From assembly GCF_964204645.1 (NCBI RefSeq), contig NC_134030.1:22714210-22778209 (forward strand): a DNA stretch of 64,000 nucleotides, read 5' to 3'. This stretch comes from Tubulanus polymorphus (lineage: Eukaryota; Animalia; Nemertea). Shown here in pieces: positions 1 through 13,149 of the stretch; the stretch's first letter is position 1, and each line of letters starts with the position of its first letter. A program made the translations under genes and the position numbers. The notes beneath the pieces were generated by a model. It had not been told where the DNA came from, did no database searches, and saw only the letters and a list, made by a program, of their open reading frames with translations.

Positions 1-1045
1 CATGTACATACAGAGGACTGTTAACAATTCAACCAATGAAATTGCGATAGAGATACAGAACATACAGCTTTAACAGTAAACAATGCAACCAATGAATTGC
101 GATTAACTAAGACCTACGAGCAATTATCAAGTTTGATAATTGCTCGTAGCTAAGACATACAGGACAAACAGGACTAACTTAATTGCGATAGACATACAGG
201 ACATACAGGATTAACAGTAGACAATTCAACCAACGAATTGCGATTAACTAAGACATACAGGACTAAACCACAGGACATACAGGACTAACAGTAGACAATT
301 CAACAACCAATGAATTGCGATTAACTAAGACATACAGGACATACAGGACTAACTTAATTGCGATAGACATACAGGACTAACAGTAAACAATGCAACCAAT
401 GAATTGCGATTAAGTAAGACATACAGGACATACAGGACTAACAGTAGACAATTCAACAACCAATGAATTGCGATTAACTAAGACATACAGGACATACAGG
501 ACTAACTTAATTGCGATAGACATACAGGACTAACAGTAAACAATGCAACCAATGAATTGCGATCGCGATCACAAAGACATACAGGACAAAACCACAGGAC
601 ATACAGGACTAACAGTAGACAATTCAACCAATGAATTGCGATTAACTAAGACATACAGGACTAAACCACAGGACATACAGGACTAACTTAATTGCGATAG
701 ACATACAGAATATACAGGACTAACAGTAAACAATGCAACCAATGAATTGCGATTAACTAAGACATACAGGACATACAGGACTAACAGTAGACAATGCAAT
801 CAATGAATTGCGATTAACTAAGACATACAGGACATACAGGACTAACAGCAGACAATTCAACCAATGAATTGCGATTAACTAAGACATACAGGACATACAG
901 GACTAACTTAATTGCGATAGACATACAGGATTAACAGTAAACAATGCAACCAATGAATTGCGATTGCGATCACAAAGACATACAGGACAAACAGGAATAA
1001 ACCACAGTAAATTGCGATAAAAAAGACATACAGGACTAACTGCAG
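1..1045. repeat. Complex satellite/minisatellite built from modules such as AAGACATACAGGACATACAGGACTAAC and AGTAGACAATTCAACCAATGAATTGCGATTAACT
   Basis: Modules recur throughout. A higher-order unit of about 153 bp is visible (CAACAACCAA at 301 and 454). The array probably continues left of the window. Confidence 0.9.
114..149. repeat. Perfect 36-bp palindrome embedded in the satellite
   Basis: CTACGAGCAATTATCAA-GT-TTGATAATTGCTCGTAG (17-bp arms). A related copy lies at 15176-15213. Confidence 0.85.
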
Positions 1046-1786
1046 TAAATATATAGGGCCTTAGGAATGCAAAATACATTCATTTTGTCGAATTTAAACA
1101 TTCCACAACTTATTTCATTATGTCATTTCCAGTTTTCAAAGGGAATTTTCTTAACTTCAGATGCCTCGAGGACATAAACATATAGAAAGATCTGTCCCAA
1201 AAAAATGTCAAGTGTCTTTCATAGTGCAATGGGCCCTGGTTTCCACGTTTATATATCACATATAAAATTCTACAGAAACAATCAATGAATAAGTGAAAAT
1301 TTACGAATAACAAACAAGACATTCAAGCAGTTGAGTAAGTTAAAATGGGACCAATCTATATATATTATATATGGATTATACAAGGACAGCCTTGAACCGA
1401 GGTTGATGTGTCCATACACTCTCTGAACATGCATGTATGTATACTGCTGCCAATTGATGATAAGTCAAGGATGTTGAAGTTCTAGACATGGTCAGAATCA
1501 TCCAGAGACATCGGCACGCATCACAATAACTGATGATTTTGCAGTAACCTGTAACATAAAAAATCAAGCGGTAATCTATTCACAAAATATATTTTCCTGA
1601 AAGAAAAAACCTGAAATAGAGCACTATAAACACCAGTGCATATACATCGCTTCTTAACCTTATATGTAATCGAGTAAATATATAGGTGACTAAGTGACGG
1701 CTTCTACGTTCACCATGGGAAATGAAAATATTTCTAACGTCAGGGATTCATTCGAAACCCGATCAATAATATTCAATACAAACTAT

Positions 1787-4495
1787 TTAGGAAATCGGGT
1801 CACAATGAAAACAAAACCACCTGATATGTTCAGGAGGAGCCTCATTGATTGGAGCACATTTCCAATGATACCATCTATGGCAATTATCACATTCAATTGA
1901 GAATGTGGACTTTTTCTTAGGATTAGCATTGCAGTTTTTGTGGCAGACAGGGCAGGTTTCAGCAACTAACTGAGGAGGGGTTTTTTCAACTTTTGATGGC
2001 AAAAGATTATCTAGTTTCAATTTTGCTAGGTTTTGGAGGCCTGCATTTCCAGGTTGATCTATAAGAATTTCTAATTCTTTTTCAGTATTGGAATTATTGA
2101 TTTCTGTAATAGGAGAACTGTTGAGATAATCATCTCTATTATTATAATCGATTACAATAGATTTTTTCTTATGATGATTATGTTCAATACGAATGTGCTT
2201 TTGAAGGAATGTTTCACTTGCATATGAATTAATAACCCCATCTGCCCAACAAATAGCACATGAGATAGGTTTCAAAGATGAATGAGAAGTGGATATGTGC
2301 CTATCTAGTTCCCTGCGACATGAACAAAGATATGGAGGATTTATTTTGTCTTTAATACAAAAGGAACAGACAATACTTTTTTCAAATAAAACAGACTTCG
2401 AGTCATTTTTAACAACTGGTTATGACTTAATATCTTTTGGTTTGGTATCTTTTGATTTTTTCGGTAAGGATGATTTATTCTGACTTAAAATATCTGCTGA
2501 AAATTCGATATCATTGCCAGGATCTGGATCAGTGGAGTCTATGGTTTCAATTTCTGATATTTTAGCTTTTTTAACCTAGTTTCATAGCAGCATTTTCAAC
2601 CATAGCAGAAAAGGATACACCTCTGTTAGCAGGTCTAATTATCTTTCGCCCTCCGTGTCTTGCATTCTCAGCATCTTTAGGCATTGTAACCTTAGGGCAG
2701 TAAGGGTCTATCACTTCAAGTTCAGGAAGGTTTATGGCAACCTGATTGTCCTTGATTGGACCCTCAGCACGCCTATGAGCCATATTGTGAGGTTGTCGTT
2801 TGGCAGGTCGTCCGCTTATTAACTTAATTCCACAGTGGCTTTCATTATGTAAAATACTTAGAATGTGCCCTTTCCGAGCAGCATTGATATCATTCGAGCT
2901 AGCAATGTGGGAATGATCTTTTAACTTATCAATGAGGGTAGATGAAACAGAACTATTTTGTCGAGTAAAATTGTAAGTTGGCAGAGGCTCCACAATGTGG
3001 AATTTATATGCATCAATTAAAGCCTTCGTTGTGGTTATATTGTTTTTTTGGGCAAAACAGGCAAAAAGATGTTTGCAAAAATATGGTTGTCCAATCATTA
3101 TAAAAGCTTCACAAGTACATATACCTAGTTTCAAATTGATTAAATGGCAATTACCATCTACGTATGAAAGACAATTTTCAGGAACGATTGTAATAACGTA
3201 ATTGAATAAGATACGACTGGATATTGAATCTAAATTTCCTATGTACCTTCGGCATTTTTTTGAAATGTCATATGAATGTTCCTCGGATATTGATACTTTA
3301 TCGGGGAATCTTTCTTCTAAAACATCAAGCTGATTGAATGTATATTGAGTATCACCATTGAAAAATTCTACGTACATTTCATCTTCATCTTTCAATAGCA
3401 GTAGTTCCATTATCCTGTTATTTATGAACTGATTTCCCTTACGGCTGGGGTGTAACAAGTCAGTCCTAGATCACAAAATTTAGAAAAAAACAAGTTAGTT
3501 TAAATCGCGAAAAAATGCACATAACCTACTGGGCTTATTAAAATTAAACGATTACTTACGGTGAAAGGAGATCTCTTGAGAAGTGAAAATCAACGAACTT
3601 TACACCAAGTGTAAAGCATTCGCGGTGCAGCATTTCATTGTAATGAAATATCTTTGTGTCAGCATCGAAACTTTAAAAAAGAAAGAAATTTAAAAATCAT
3701 AACATCGATCATAAATATAGTATTTCAAGAAAAATCTATTCTTGATACTTACTCATCACATCGAGGAAAAAGAGCTGGTACAATGATGGTCCCAGTACAT
3801 TTATAGAGCAACAATCGAATTAATTCAACGTGTCTTCGCAGAACAATCTCAAGCGGGACATCACGCGTCATATTATTTGTTCCAACATGGACGATTAGTT
3901 GTTCCACATTCAGCATCTTCACTTTTTCAATTCTGTAATATACAACTAATCAGTAACCCAATGAAAATGAACAATATAAATCAGTACTGAACCGAGAAAT
4001 TACCTTCCATCAATGTTTCAATGGTTCCTCCGGGGCACACGATCCTTGTCCATTCAAATAAGCCTACACCATCTAGCCCAGCATACTTTAAAATGCTGTC
4101 TGCTACGAGACCAATACGCTACAAAAAAGATTATTTGTCAGTCTCAGGCCAATATCACAGGGAGGTGTGAGAGAGCACACTGGTTACTGTAAGACCCTAC
4201 TATATGCAAAAGAAGTGACACATATATGTATATCAATGTGATAGAATTGATTGAAAAAATTGTGCATAATAGTAGCTAGTGCCCAAAAATAGAACACAGT
4301 GTTATTGAAGTGAAAATTTCTAAAATCCTCTGAAGCGGTGCTTATTTGGTAGCTACATGGGTATTCTAATCGATGCTCGCGGCGTTCACCAGTGTTACCC
4401 AGTGAGTTTTTTATAATCTTGCAATCTACCTCTTTTTTCAAACCAATATACCCACCAACTGGTCCGGAGACAAGCTTAACACGTTCGGAAAACAT
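1787..4495 (-). pseudogene. Decayed spliced gene: SGNH/GDSL hydrolase + SWIM finger + two C2H2 fingers + PHD finger, probably transposon-derived
   Basis: Exons 4118-4004, 3932-3753, 3670-3560 and 3465 onward give SGNH blocks IGLVADS, CPGGT, HVGTNN and TDLLHPSRKG. SWIM: CTCEAF...FCKH. C2H2: CSFC...RHISTSH and CAIC...KHIRIEH. PHD: CPVC...IECDNCHRWYHWKC...WFCFHC. Lesions: frame mismatch near 3930, frameshift near 2572, in-frame TAA at 2422-2420. The join to the 5' ORF 4184-4495 is uncertain. Confidence 0.75.
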
Positions 4496-4614
4496 GATTC
4501 ACAATCTTTTAATCAACAGCCAGCAAGAATACACTTGACAGCAAATTCAAATTCAGCGGTTAACCGTCAAAAGTGAGTTGTTTAGCTGTGGGAGTAACAA
4601 AAAGGCGATCTTGA

Positions 4615-4675
4615 TGACGTCACTAGCCATCGACCAAAACAGGCTTTCAACCTTTTGCCGTGACCCGCCATATTG
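4615..4675. promoter_or_regulatory. Possible promoter upstream of the SGNH-SWIM-PHD gene (CRE and YY1-like motifs)
   Basis: TGACGTCA at 4615-4622 and CCGCCATATTG at 4665-4675, about 120-180 bp upstream of the minus-strand ATG at 4495. Motif match only. Confidence 0.3.
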
Positions 4676-5639
4676 AAATTTGGTAAGTCTTGGAATTTTT
4701 CCAGTTTTTTATCCTTGAATGATATCTATGTATTAAGTTAACAGTTCGATATAAACCCCGGAGATGCAGGCGATAAACACCGTCTCTAAAACTGACCTGA
4801 GACCCGCCGCCAAACTATATTCAAAGTCGTTTTTGAAGTACGTTACGTGTGTCGTCACGGTCCGGTGGTCCGCACCTCCTCGCCTGTGCTGTGTACGTAT
4901 GAGATGAGGGAGAAAATGTGAAAGTTAAATGTGACCTGCTTGTTCAAAACAAATAATATGAAAACGGCAAATGCAATGAATCTGCTAAAAAAGCTTCAGT
5001 TGTTGTGTGAAGATCGATGTTCGACACAAACAGTAACAACAGCAGTAGCCTATATATTCACCCAGCACTGGCAGCGGTTGTCTCCACCAGTGATCTCTGT
5101 CGCTCTACGATCCTAGTGTAACCAACCACCCAGACGCGTGCATTCAAATTCGCTGTACAGTTGCCGACCAGAATTTGGTCGGCTTTTTTGTCCGTGTTCA
5201 AACTGCGATATCTCAGCAAATAAACAACCGATTTTGATGAATAAACTATCTACACTAACCTTTATGATGTCTTACGTTAGTTCATTATATCATTTTGACG
5301 ATAAATCTGATTTTAGTACGATTAAATTTAAGATACAAAAATGATGCGCTGTTTAGCGACGAGACACGCACCGCTCAAGTTGTCTTGTTGCTAACGAACT
5401 ACAGTGTTACAATGCCTAGTTTCAAAGTGAAAAAATGGTGTCATTTTTGCTATTTCTGTATTTATATCGCATCAAGCACGGACTATGATGAAGGAACCTC
5501 CGAATGAATATAATAATAAGAAAACTGAATGTATGAGGTTTGTAACGATAGTTTATTTTTCACAATCGGTTTAGTGAAACCGGATTTCTGGTGGTTTAAA
5601 GCTGCAGTGATCTAAAAGTATCGAGAAAATGTCGTTCGC

Positions 5640-5673
5640 ATCTTAGTGTCTGTGGTACATCAGACACTAAGAT
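5640..5673. repeat. Isolated hairpin (13-bp stem, 8-nt loop)
   Basis: ATCTTAGTGTCTG-TGGTACAT-CAGACACTAAGAT. Confidence 0.75.
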
Positions 5674-6087
5674 TCTTGGTGAACCTATATACAGCCAGTT
5701 GTGATGAATGAATTAGAATATTGTTATTACTGTTTACAGATTATGATTATATTGTGGTGAATATTACTAGTAATAATTACAGTGACCTCCTTTTCTTATT
5801 GATACAGATACAAACAACAGATTTCATCAATCGATCCTTCCTTCAACGGTCAGTTCAAATCAGTTAAAAACAACAATAATGACCAACTGCCTCCCGTCAC
5901 TGACTGTAACCAGGCTGAGATCTATCAATCATCTTTTAGAAAAGGTTTGTCTCTCTTTCAATCAATCGTGTAACTGATATCTGTGAATAGTCTACAATCA
6001 ACAGATACCACATTAAAATCTAATATTCTTTATTTCAGGCATTATTCCTGTTTACTGTGGTATGAAGATTGAGTCAAGCGCAACGCT

Positions 6088-6285
6088 GTAGGAGCAGCAG
6101 AGGAGGAGTATCATAGGAGCAGCAGAGGAGTATCATAGGAGCAGCAGGAGTATCGTAGGAGCAGCAGGAGTATCGTAGGAGCAGCAGGAGTATCATAGGA
6201 GCAGCAGGAGTATCATAGGAGCAGCAGGAGTATCGTAGGAGCAGCAGGAGTATCATAAGAGCAGCAGGAGTATCATAGGAGCAGC
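6088..6285. repeat. 20-bp minisatellite (GAGCAGCAGGAGTATCRTAG)n
   Basis: Period 20 is directly visible, about 9-10 copies. Confidence 0.9.
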
Positions 6286-7128
6286 TGAATGAATCACAGA
6301 AGAGATAAGATAAGTAGTTTTAGAATTATGTGTTCATTCATACCACTCATTGCGTGGAGGAGTTGAAGATGTTCAGGACCAGAATTCAGTAAATCTTCTA
6401 ACAGACTAAAACTAAATGTCGAATGATTATAACGGTTATTGAATTTGTCTCCAGCAAGTATCTGTATCCATCTTCAGCTCACTTCACACACAGCTATAGA
6501 TCAGAGTTCCTTACAGCGACCACTGAATCAACCTAATCATTACAACTGAAATAATGATAACAGATTCTATTTATGAATACATATGAAGCACATCTGAAAC
6601 CAAAGTGATAGAAAAATAGAAAGTTGTAAAATGTTTTCTGACGCAGTTTGATTTGTGTCAGATTGTAACTGTAGAAGTTTCACTCATTGTTTCAGTCTAA
6701 TAGAGATATAACTGATGTACATGTAACACTGACTGTGTAACACTGCAGTCATTTGTTCACTTATTCCTCCTCAGTTTGAAGAATGTTTTATTCTCTCATC
6801 ATCATTAGCGATAAGAATCATTGCCATCCGTCCAACTATAGCATCATAACATTTCTACTTATTCAATCATAGAGGGAATGAGTTGTATGAGGTTTGGGTA
6901 TGGAATGGGGCAGGGTATGGTGTAGTTGACCGTTAGGGTAGGATAGGGTAATGTGATGAGGTAAGGTCGGTTGGATGATGCAGGGTTATTTGATGTGGTT
7001 GGATTCGATGATGAGTTTAATATAGAACTGTTTGGGGGTAAGTGATGTATGTGGTAGTGTACGGTGTGTATGTTCGGAGGGTGTATGATAACGGATTGAA
7101 AGGTTGCTGGTAGAGGGCGGTACAGTAG

Positions 7129-8082
7129 CATCCTCGCTCACCAGGGCTCGGGTTGCTTCCTGCTGAAGCTCACGTCTACACAAACGCTGACCACAACTTT
7201 ATCCATCGGTCTGTTGGAATACAAGGAATTATCCAGCCAATGAAAACAGAGGAATTATCCAGCCAATGAAAATTATGGAATTATGCATTATTCTTGTGTT
7301 GGACCCTCGGTAAGGGAAACCAGTGATGCCAGTCACAATGAGGTGTACATGTTTTACTGTTGGCAAATATCCTTCAATACACTTTGATAAAGGATAAGTT
7401 GATGTCAGCAGCGGAGAATGCTGAGTTCCCGATCGGGAAAACAACATCACAGGAAATCATTGTATTTGTCTGAGTTCGTCCACAGGTCAAGGGTCAAGGT
7501 CTAATCATGTGACCTGGCAGTGACTTGTCTGCCCACACGGCAACCCACCCACTCTCCACCCGCCCGACCCCTGGCAGTAACCTGTTCACCTGGCAGTGGT
7601 CTAGAGCCTAGCCTTCATCGACACTGCGATTGGAGACAACTAGTTGCCGGGCAACTGGCTGGATACAATCAGTTGCTCGAACGTGTCGATCTGAGCTAGT
7701 TTACTGGTTAACGTCCATCTATCTCCAGTTCCACCCAGTTGCTCATGTTCTACTTTTGAGCAACTAGTTGTACTCAGTTACCGGTACTGTCATATCCGTC
7801 GATGTGAGCGCTCCATAATCAATAACACATGGTTGTTACTGACTAAAACAAAGCGACGAGTCACATGACTTGAGATGCCTTGAGAATATTTGCTAGATTA
7901 CACATCTCAGTTGCTGTCGATGTACGCGCTATGAACCTAGCGACTGACAAGAGCCACGCAGTTGCTGGTTTTCATTGGATGGGTACTCGCTCACTAGCAA
8001 CTAGTTATAGACCTATGATGGAAGTTTGATCAGTGTTTGTGAGTTTCTGCGGAAGGCAACCAGACCCTGGCGAGTGAGGATG
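7129..8082. mobile_element. Non-autonomous DNA transposon (~950 bp) with ~75-bp imperfect TIRs
   Basis: CATCCTCGCTCACCAGGG... at the left end and ...CCCTGGCGAGTGAGGATG at the right end. Absent from the homologous right arm of the inverted duplication. TSD unclear. Confidence 0.7.
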
Positions 8083-9311
8083 TGTAGTAGTGATGCTGGT
8101 ATGGTATGTGTAAGGTAGGGGGCGGTGTGTGTAGAGTGTTAAGGATAGAGTAAGGTACAGTTAGAGGAATTTGAAAGTGTAAGTTTGGGTAATGTGGGGT
8201 CAGGATGTTTGGTGTTGTTGAGGTGAGGGTGAATTCAGTAGAATTTATCCATGTCAAGAGTCAAAGTGGCAAATTTGGAAAATTATTTTTGAGTTATACC
8301 TAAGAAAATCATTTGACCAGTCTTGTTAGATTGGCTAAGTCTTAAGTTGTAAGATTGGCTATAGAACCAAAATGAGCGTAGACTGATCTTAGTGTTAGAC
8401 TGGTGTTAGATTATTGTTAGAACCAAAATCAGTTAGAACCAAACATCATTAAGACTAAGTGGCAAATTTGTGAAAATGGATTCAGGTCTGATCCGTGTGA
8501 TCCAGTTGACCCAGGATTATTTGATTAGAGTCAGACTCATTGATTACATAGGGGGTAATAGATGGAGCCACAGTTTGTGCTTTGAACAATGGTGAGTGAT
8601 GCTCTTGGCGTTTCACTCACCAGGAGAAAGTTCCCCCCCCCCATAACTTCTTTAGAAATCTCCAGATAGAATCCTGTTTTTGTCTTATTTGTCTGTGTAG
8701 AAATGGTGACATGGATGGTGATAGGACGGTACAGCCTGGGTGATGTTGGGGTAGGGTAATGTGATTCAGAGAAAGTGGTCCGGTCCAGACTGGCATTACC
8801 TCCTTCCCTTCCTCCTTCCCGCGCTTACTATTCCACAATCTCTGTATGAGATACATTGAGAATGATGCTATTGAAGATTGAATTCATCGTTTCATTTAGG
8901 AATTGAAACTTGTTTCATGGAACAAATGTCACTGCAAATAAACAATATCATCAAACAATGATTGTGATTGTGATTGACTATAATAGTGAACCACTGCCCT
9001 AGTGCAGTTTTATGTCACAAAAAGCTTTTTTCCACTCGATACAACAGATGATAGTGCCACCAATCGGACTGCCTGTGTAGGGCAAGTAATTTTTGTAGGG
9101 GGCAAGCAAAATTTCAGATATCCTTGCCCCTGGGGCAAGCGAATTTCATTCTTTAGATGGGACCCTGTAAAAGCACTGATTGAGATGGATTTAAACCCAG
9201 TTCAATTACTATATTTCCTATATATTCACTTACTGCCGGGTGGTACTGATACAGAGCAAGGAGAGATTGAGAGAGAGAGAGAGAGAGCCATAAGAAAAAG
9301 AAAGAACATGA

Positions 9312-9500
9312 AAAGAGTGGGGTCCGAGAGCAATACGAAGGTTTAGAGTCCTGCACGCTTAGATGGCGGGCAGGGGTCTATTCCTGCCTCGACTCAAAAA
9401 AAAAAGAAAAAATATAAAGAGTGGGGTCCGAGAGCAATTCGAAGGTTTAGTGTCCTGCACGCCTAGATGGCGGGCAGGGGTCTATTCCTACCTCGACTCA
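9312..9500. repeat. Two-copy tandem duplication, period ~104 bp
   Basis: AAGAGTGGGGTCCGAGAGCAAT...GGGGTCTATTCCT..CTCGACTCAA occurs twice. Confidence 0.85.
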
Positions 9501-11165
9501 AGAAAGGTGAGCTTAAAGCCACCAAGCACAAAAGTGGCGTCAAAAGGGTAGTCCACTACTGGCTTAGGGCAGTGGTCTATTCCTACCTCACGTGCTTAAA
9601 AATGTTCACAAAAATGGCAAATAAGAAAGTGTGTGAGAGTGAGAGAGAGAGCTGAGTTTCATGTATCACTGGGTGTAACGTGATATAAGAAATAATTCAC
9701 AGAAAATCTTGAATAATTGTGTTATGGGTTCAGAGTCTATTTCTCATCAGTTTGTTATTCGTAAAGCTTGTAGTCCGGTAAAAACAATTCAGAGATTTGT
9801 GAATCAGAAGATTTTGCCGTCATTTGCTTCATGAATCGTTCACTTGTTAAAATGAATCATGTGACACACATGTAAAATAATGTTACTGATTTATCATTGT
9901 TTTGATGGTGTCTTAATATTCAATATGTTGCAGGTATCGTCTCCTAGTATTTCACATTGAATTGAGGAGTAGTTTGAGGGATTGGGAGGGTTGGAGAAGC
10001 ATTGAGATGTCTAAAGGGAGCAGCCTGGAAGAGGCTGAGAGACGGACCGACCCTGTCAATCACTCATCACACCCTGTACTGTCCTAGCTCCACCCCTTAT
10101 ATCACATCACGTACCTCCAAATCTTCCACAGACACCACCCCCGACCTCACCCTCACCTCAACAACACCAAACATCCTGACCCCGCGTTACCCAAACTTAC
10201 ACTATCAAATTCCTCTAACTGTACCTTACCCTATCCTTAACACACTACACACACCGCCCCCTACCTTACACATACCATACCAACATCACACCTGTACCGC
10301 CCTCTACCAGCAACCTTTCTCCGTTATCATACACCTCCCTAACTATACATCGTACACTACCACATACACCCACCCCAAACAGTTCTATATTAAACTGATC
10401 ATCTAATCCAGCCATATCAAACAACCCTGCATCATCCAACCTGACCTTACCTTATCACAATGTCCTATCCTCCCCTAACGTGTCAACTCCCATACTCTGT
10501 CTCATTCCATACCCAAGCGCCATACTCCTCATTCCCTCTATGATTGAATAAGTGGAAATGTTACGATGTTGCAGTTAGATGGATGAGAATGATTCTTATC
10601 ACTAATGATGATGAGAGAACAAACATTCTTCAAACTGAGGAGGAATAAGTGAACAAATGACTGCAGTGTTACACAGTCAATGTTACATGTACATCAGTTA
10701 TAACTCTATTAGACTGAAACAATGAGTGAAACTTCTACAGTTACAATCTGACACAAATCAAACTGCGTCAGAAAACATTTTACAACTTTCTCGTTTTCTA
10801 TCACTTTGGTTTCAGATGTGCTTCATATGTATTCATATAGAATGTGTTATCATTATTTCAGTTGTTATGATTAGGTTGATTCAGTGGTCGCTGTAAGGAA
10901 CTCTGATCTATAGCTGTGTGTGAAGTGAGCTGAAGATGGATACAGATACTTGCTGGAGACAAATTCAATAACCGTTATAATCATTCGACATTTTCTTTTA
11001 GTCTGTTAGAAGATTAACTGAATTCTGGTCCTGAACATGTTTCAACTCCTCCATCAATACATTTCATGGTTTCCTGTAATAGAATCTGATAAATTGATGT
11101 CATTAAGAATTTGTTTTTTCAGTTCAGTGTTCATCATTATAATGTGAAGGGTACAGGATGAATCT

Positions 11166-11307
11166 ACAGATTCCACTGGTTCCACAGATTCCACTGGTTC
11201 CACAGATTCCACTGGTTCCACAGATTCCACTGGTTCCACAGATTCCACTGGTTCCACAGATTCCACTGGTTCCACAGATTCCACTGGTTCCACAGATTCC
11301 ACTGGTT
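11166..11307. repeat. 18-bp minisatellite (CACAGATTCCACTGGTTC)n
   Basis: About 8 near-perfect copies. Explains the VEPVES and QIPLVP ORFs. Confidence 0.9.
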
Positions 11308-11479
11308 TATTCAGACATGTCACGTATGTCGACAGAGACTAATTCAATAACAGTTTATCTGAAACACTTATTTATTAGTTAATGATTCTCCAATTTGTTT
11401 TAATCTTTTAGGAGATAAACTGAATTCTGGTCCTGAACATGTTTCAACTCCACACGATAACTGTATGTGTATGACAACA

Positions 11480-12022
11480 GAATTTCAACAGTTTATTTCA
11501 TGAATTTGATAAATTGAAGAATCTGTTATTTTCATTTCAGTGTCCTGAGGAGTTGTAGAATCTGATATAGAACTGATTTTCACAGTCAGCTTCACACATT
11601 AACGGTATGTATTACTTGTGTATGGATACAATTTCAATAAAATAATATTCATCCTCATCATCATTATCATCATCTAGTTCTGCCTCATCAGTAGCAGTGT
11701 GCATCCTGAGGAAGCAATAAGTGGTATGTATACGAAGACATAATTTCAACAATTTATTTCATAATTTCCTGCAATAGAATTCGATAAAATGAAGAATCTG
11801 TTATTTTCATTTCAGTGTCAATAATTGCTGGTGAGTTGTAGAATCTGATTTAGAACTGATTTTCACAGTCAGCTGCAGACATTAACGGTATGTATTACTT
11901 GTGTATGGATACAATTTCAATAAAATAATATTCCTCCTCATTATCATCTAGTTCTGCCTCCTCATCCTCATCATCATCTAGTTCTGCCTCCTCCTCAGTA
12001 GCGGTGTGCATCCGGAGGAAGC
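11480..12022. repeat. Degenerate tandem duplication (~270-bp unit)
   Basis: Blocks such as GAAGAATCTGTTATTTTCATTTCAGTGTC and ACATTAACGGTATGTATTACTTGTGTATGGATACAATTTCAATAAAATAATATTC each occur twice. Confidence 0.8.
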
Positions 12023-12361
12023 AATCTGTCCTCCTGCAATCACAGATTGCCCGCTCTGAAGGAGGTCAGGTTGGGTCTTTAGTTCACCTCGGTTTCAGCT
12101 TCTCAGTAACTGTTGGAGCTGCGTCTTACCCGACTAGATTGGCTGACCAGCTGGTATCATTAATGATTCTACATTTTGTTTTAACCTGTTAGGAGATGAC
12201 CAATTACCAGAAGACCAGGGATTGCCAATTTACCAATTGCCAGAGATGACCAATGGCCAGGCAATGACCAGCGATTACAGATTGCCAGTATTGTATGATT
12301 GATTTTCTATTTGTGAATGAACTTGAGCACAGTCACTTTTACAGCCATATTTTGATAAAAT

Positions 12362-12491
12362 CTCTTGCACAATCACCTCTAAACCTCTTGCACAATCACC
12401 TCTTAACCTCTTACACAATCACCTCTAAACCTTTTGCACAATCACCTCTAAACCTCTTGCACAATCACCTCTTAACCTCTTAAACAATCAC
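12362..12491. repeat. 23-bp minisatellite (CCTCTTGCACAATCACCTCTAAA)n
   Basis: About 5-6 copies. Confidence 0.85.
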
Positions 12492-12799
12492 TCCTATCTC
12501 ATCTCTATAATAAATACTCTTATTTTAACTCTCATCAATCAAAACGTGGTTGTCATTGATGTTCACAGAAACTGAAATCGCAGAATCTATTTTGTAAACC
12601 TGAATAAATGTATTTATCATTGTGTTGTGTTGTTTATTCAGCGCGATCTGTGGTGATTCAATCACGTGATCCGCTCAAGTTTTTTTTAATGTCAACTCCC
12701 TCCAAAATTCTGGATCCGATGTTATCCATTGTAGTTTAGACCATAGAGCAGAGTTTTATGTTGATGTTTGGATGAACTTAAGTCTAAAATCGCTAATTT

Positions 12800-13067
12800 G
12801 AAACTTTGTTTAAATCGATCATTTCACTGAACTTGTGCAAATCCTCGATTGTCAATCTTCCATATCCAAAACCCGGATCTAGATTTTGGAATATTAACGT
12901 AATGATAAAACTGGTTTGGACGACCACTTCAGTTGATGTAATTATCTCTAAACGCCATTCAAACAACTATTCCGTCGCCGTAGGCCAGTTATGTCATTTA
13001 TCGCTTTCGTATCCTCCCGAACACGTGTGTGGCGAACGAATCGTCACGTGGGGGTGCAGCCCGAACC
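12800..13067 (-). pseudogene. Possible CUB-like coding remnant
   Basis: A minus frame reads VTIRSPHTCSGGYESDK*...FEWRLEI...IITLIFQNLDPGFGYGRLTIEDL, loosely matching CUB spacing (I.SP..Y...W.I...I.L.F..LD...L.I.D). It contains stops and abuts a MITE. Confidence 0.25.
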
Positions 13068-13070
13068 CTA

Positions 13071-13149
13071 GACTGGTCGCCTGTCCAATTCTTCGCCACC
13101 TGCATTCGCAGTCAGAAAAGCGACTGAAGGTAGAGACCGGCAACCAGTC
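13071..13149. mobile_element. 79-bp MITE with 11-bp TIRs and TA flanks; second copy at 50782-50861
   Basis: TA-GACTGGTCGCC...GGCAACCAGTC-TA. A closely similar copy lies 37 kb away and a partial end at ~13198. Confidence 0.75.

Larger units (their letters stand above)
6355..11053. repeat. Large inverted duplication: arms 6355-7123 plus 8091-8232 versus 10146-11053
   Basis: 6355-7123 is the reverse complement of 10292-11053 with scattered mismatches. 8091-8232 is the reverse complement of 10146-10288. The left arm is split by an insertion. Confidence 0.9.

Noticed and set aside
2571-3458. Active Mutator/MULE transposase or LINE ORF1
   Set aside because: A SWIM finger is present, but no DDE core, RT, endonuclease or TIRs were identified, and the frame is broken.
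11054-11382. VEPVES / QIPLVP repeat ORFs
   Set aside because: Translations of the 18-bp minisatellite; no supported gene model.
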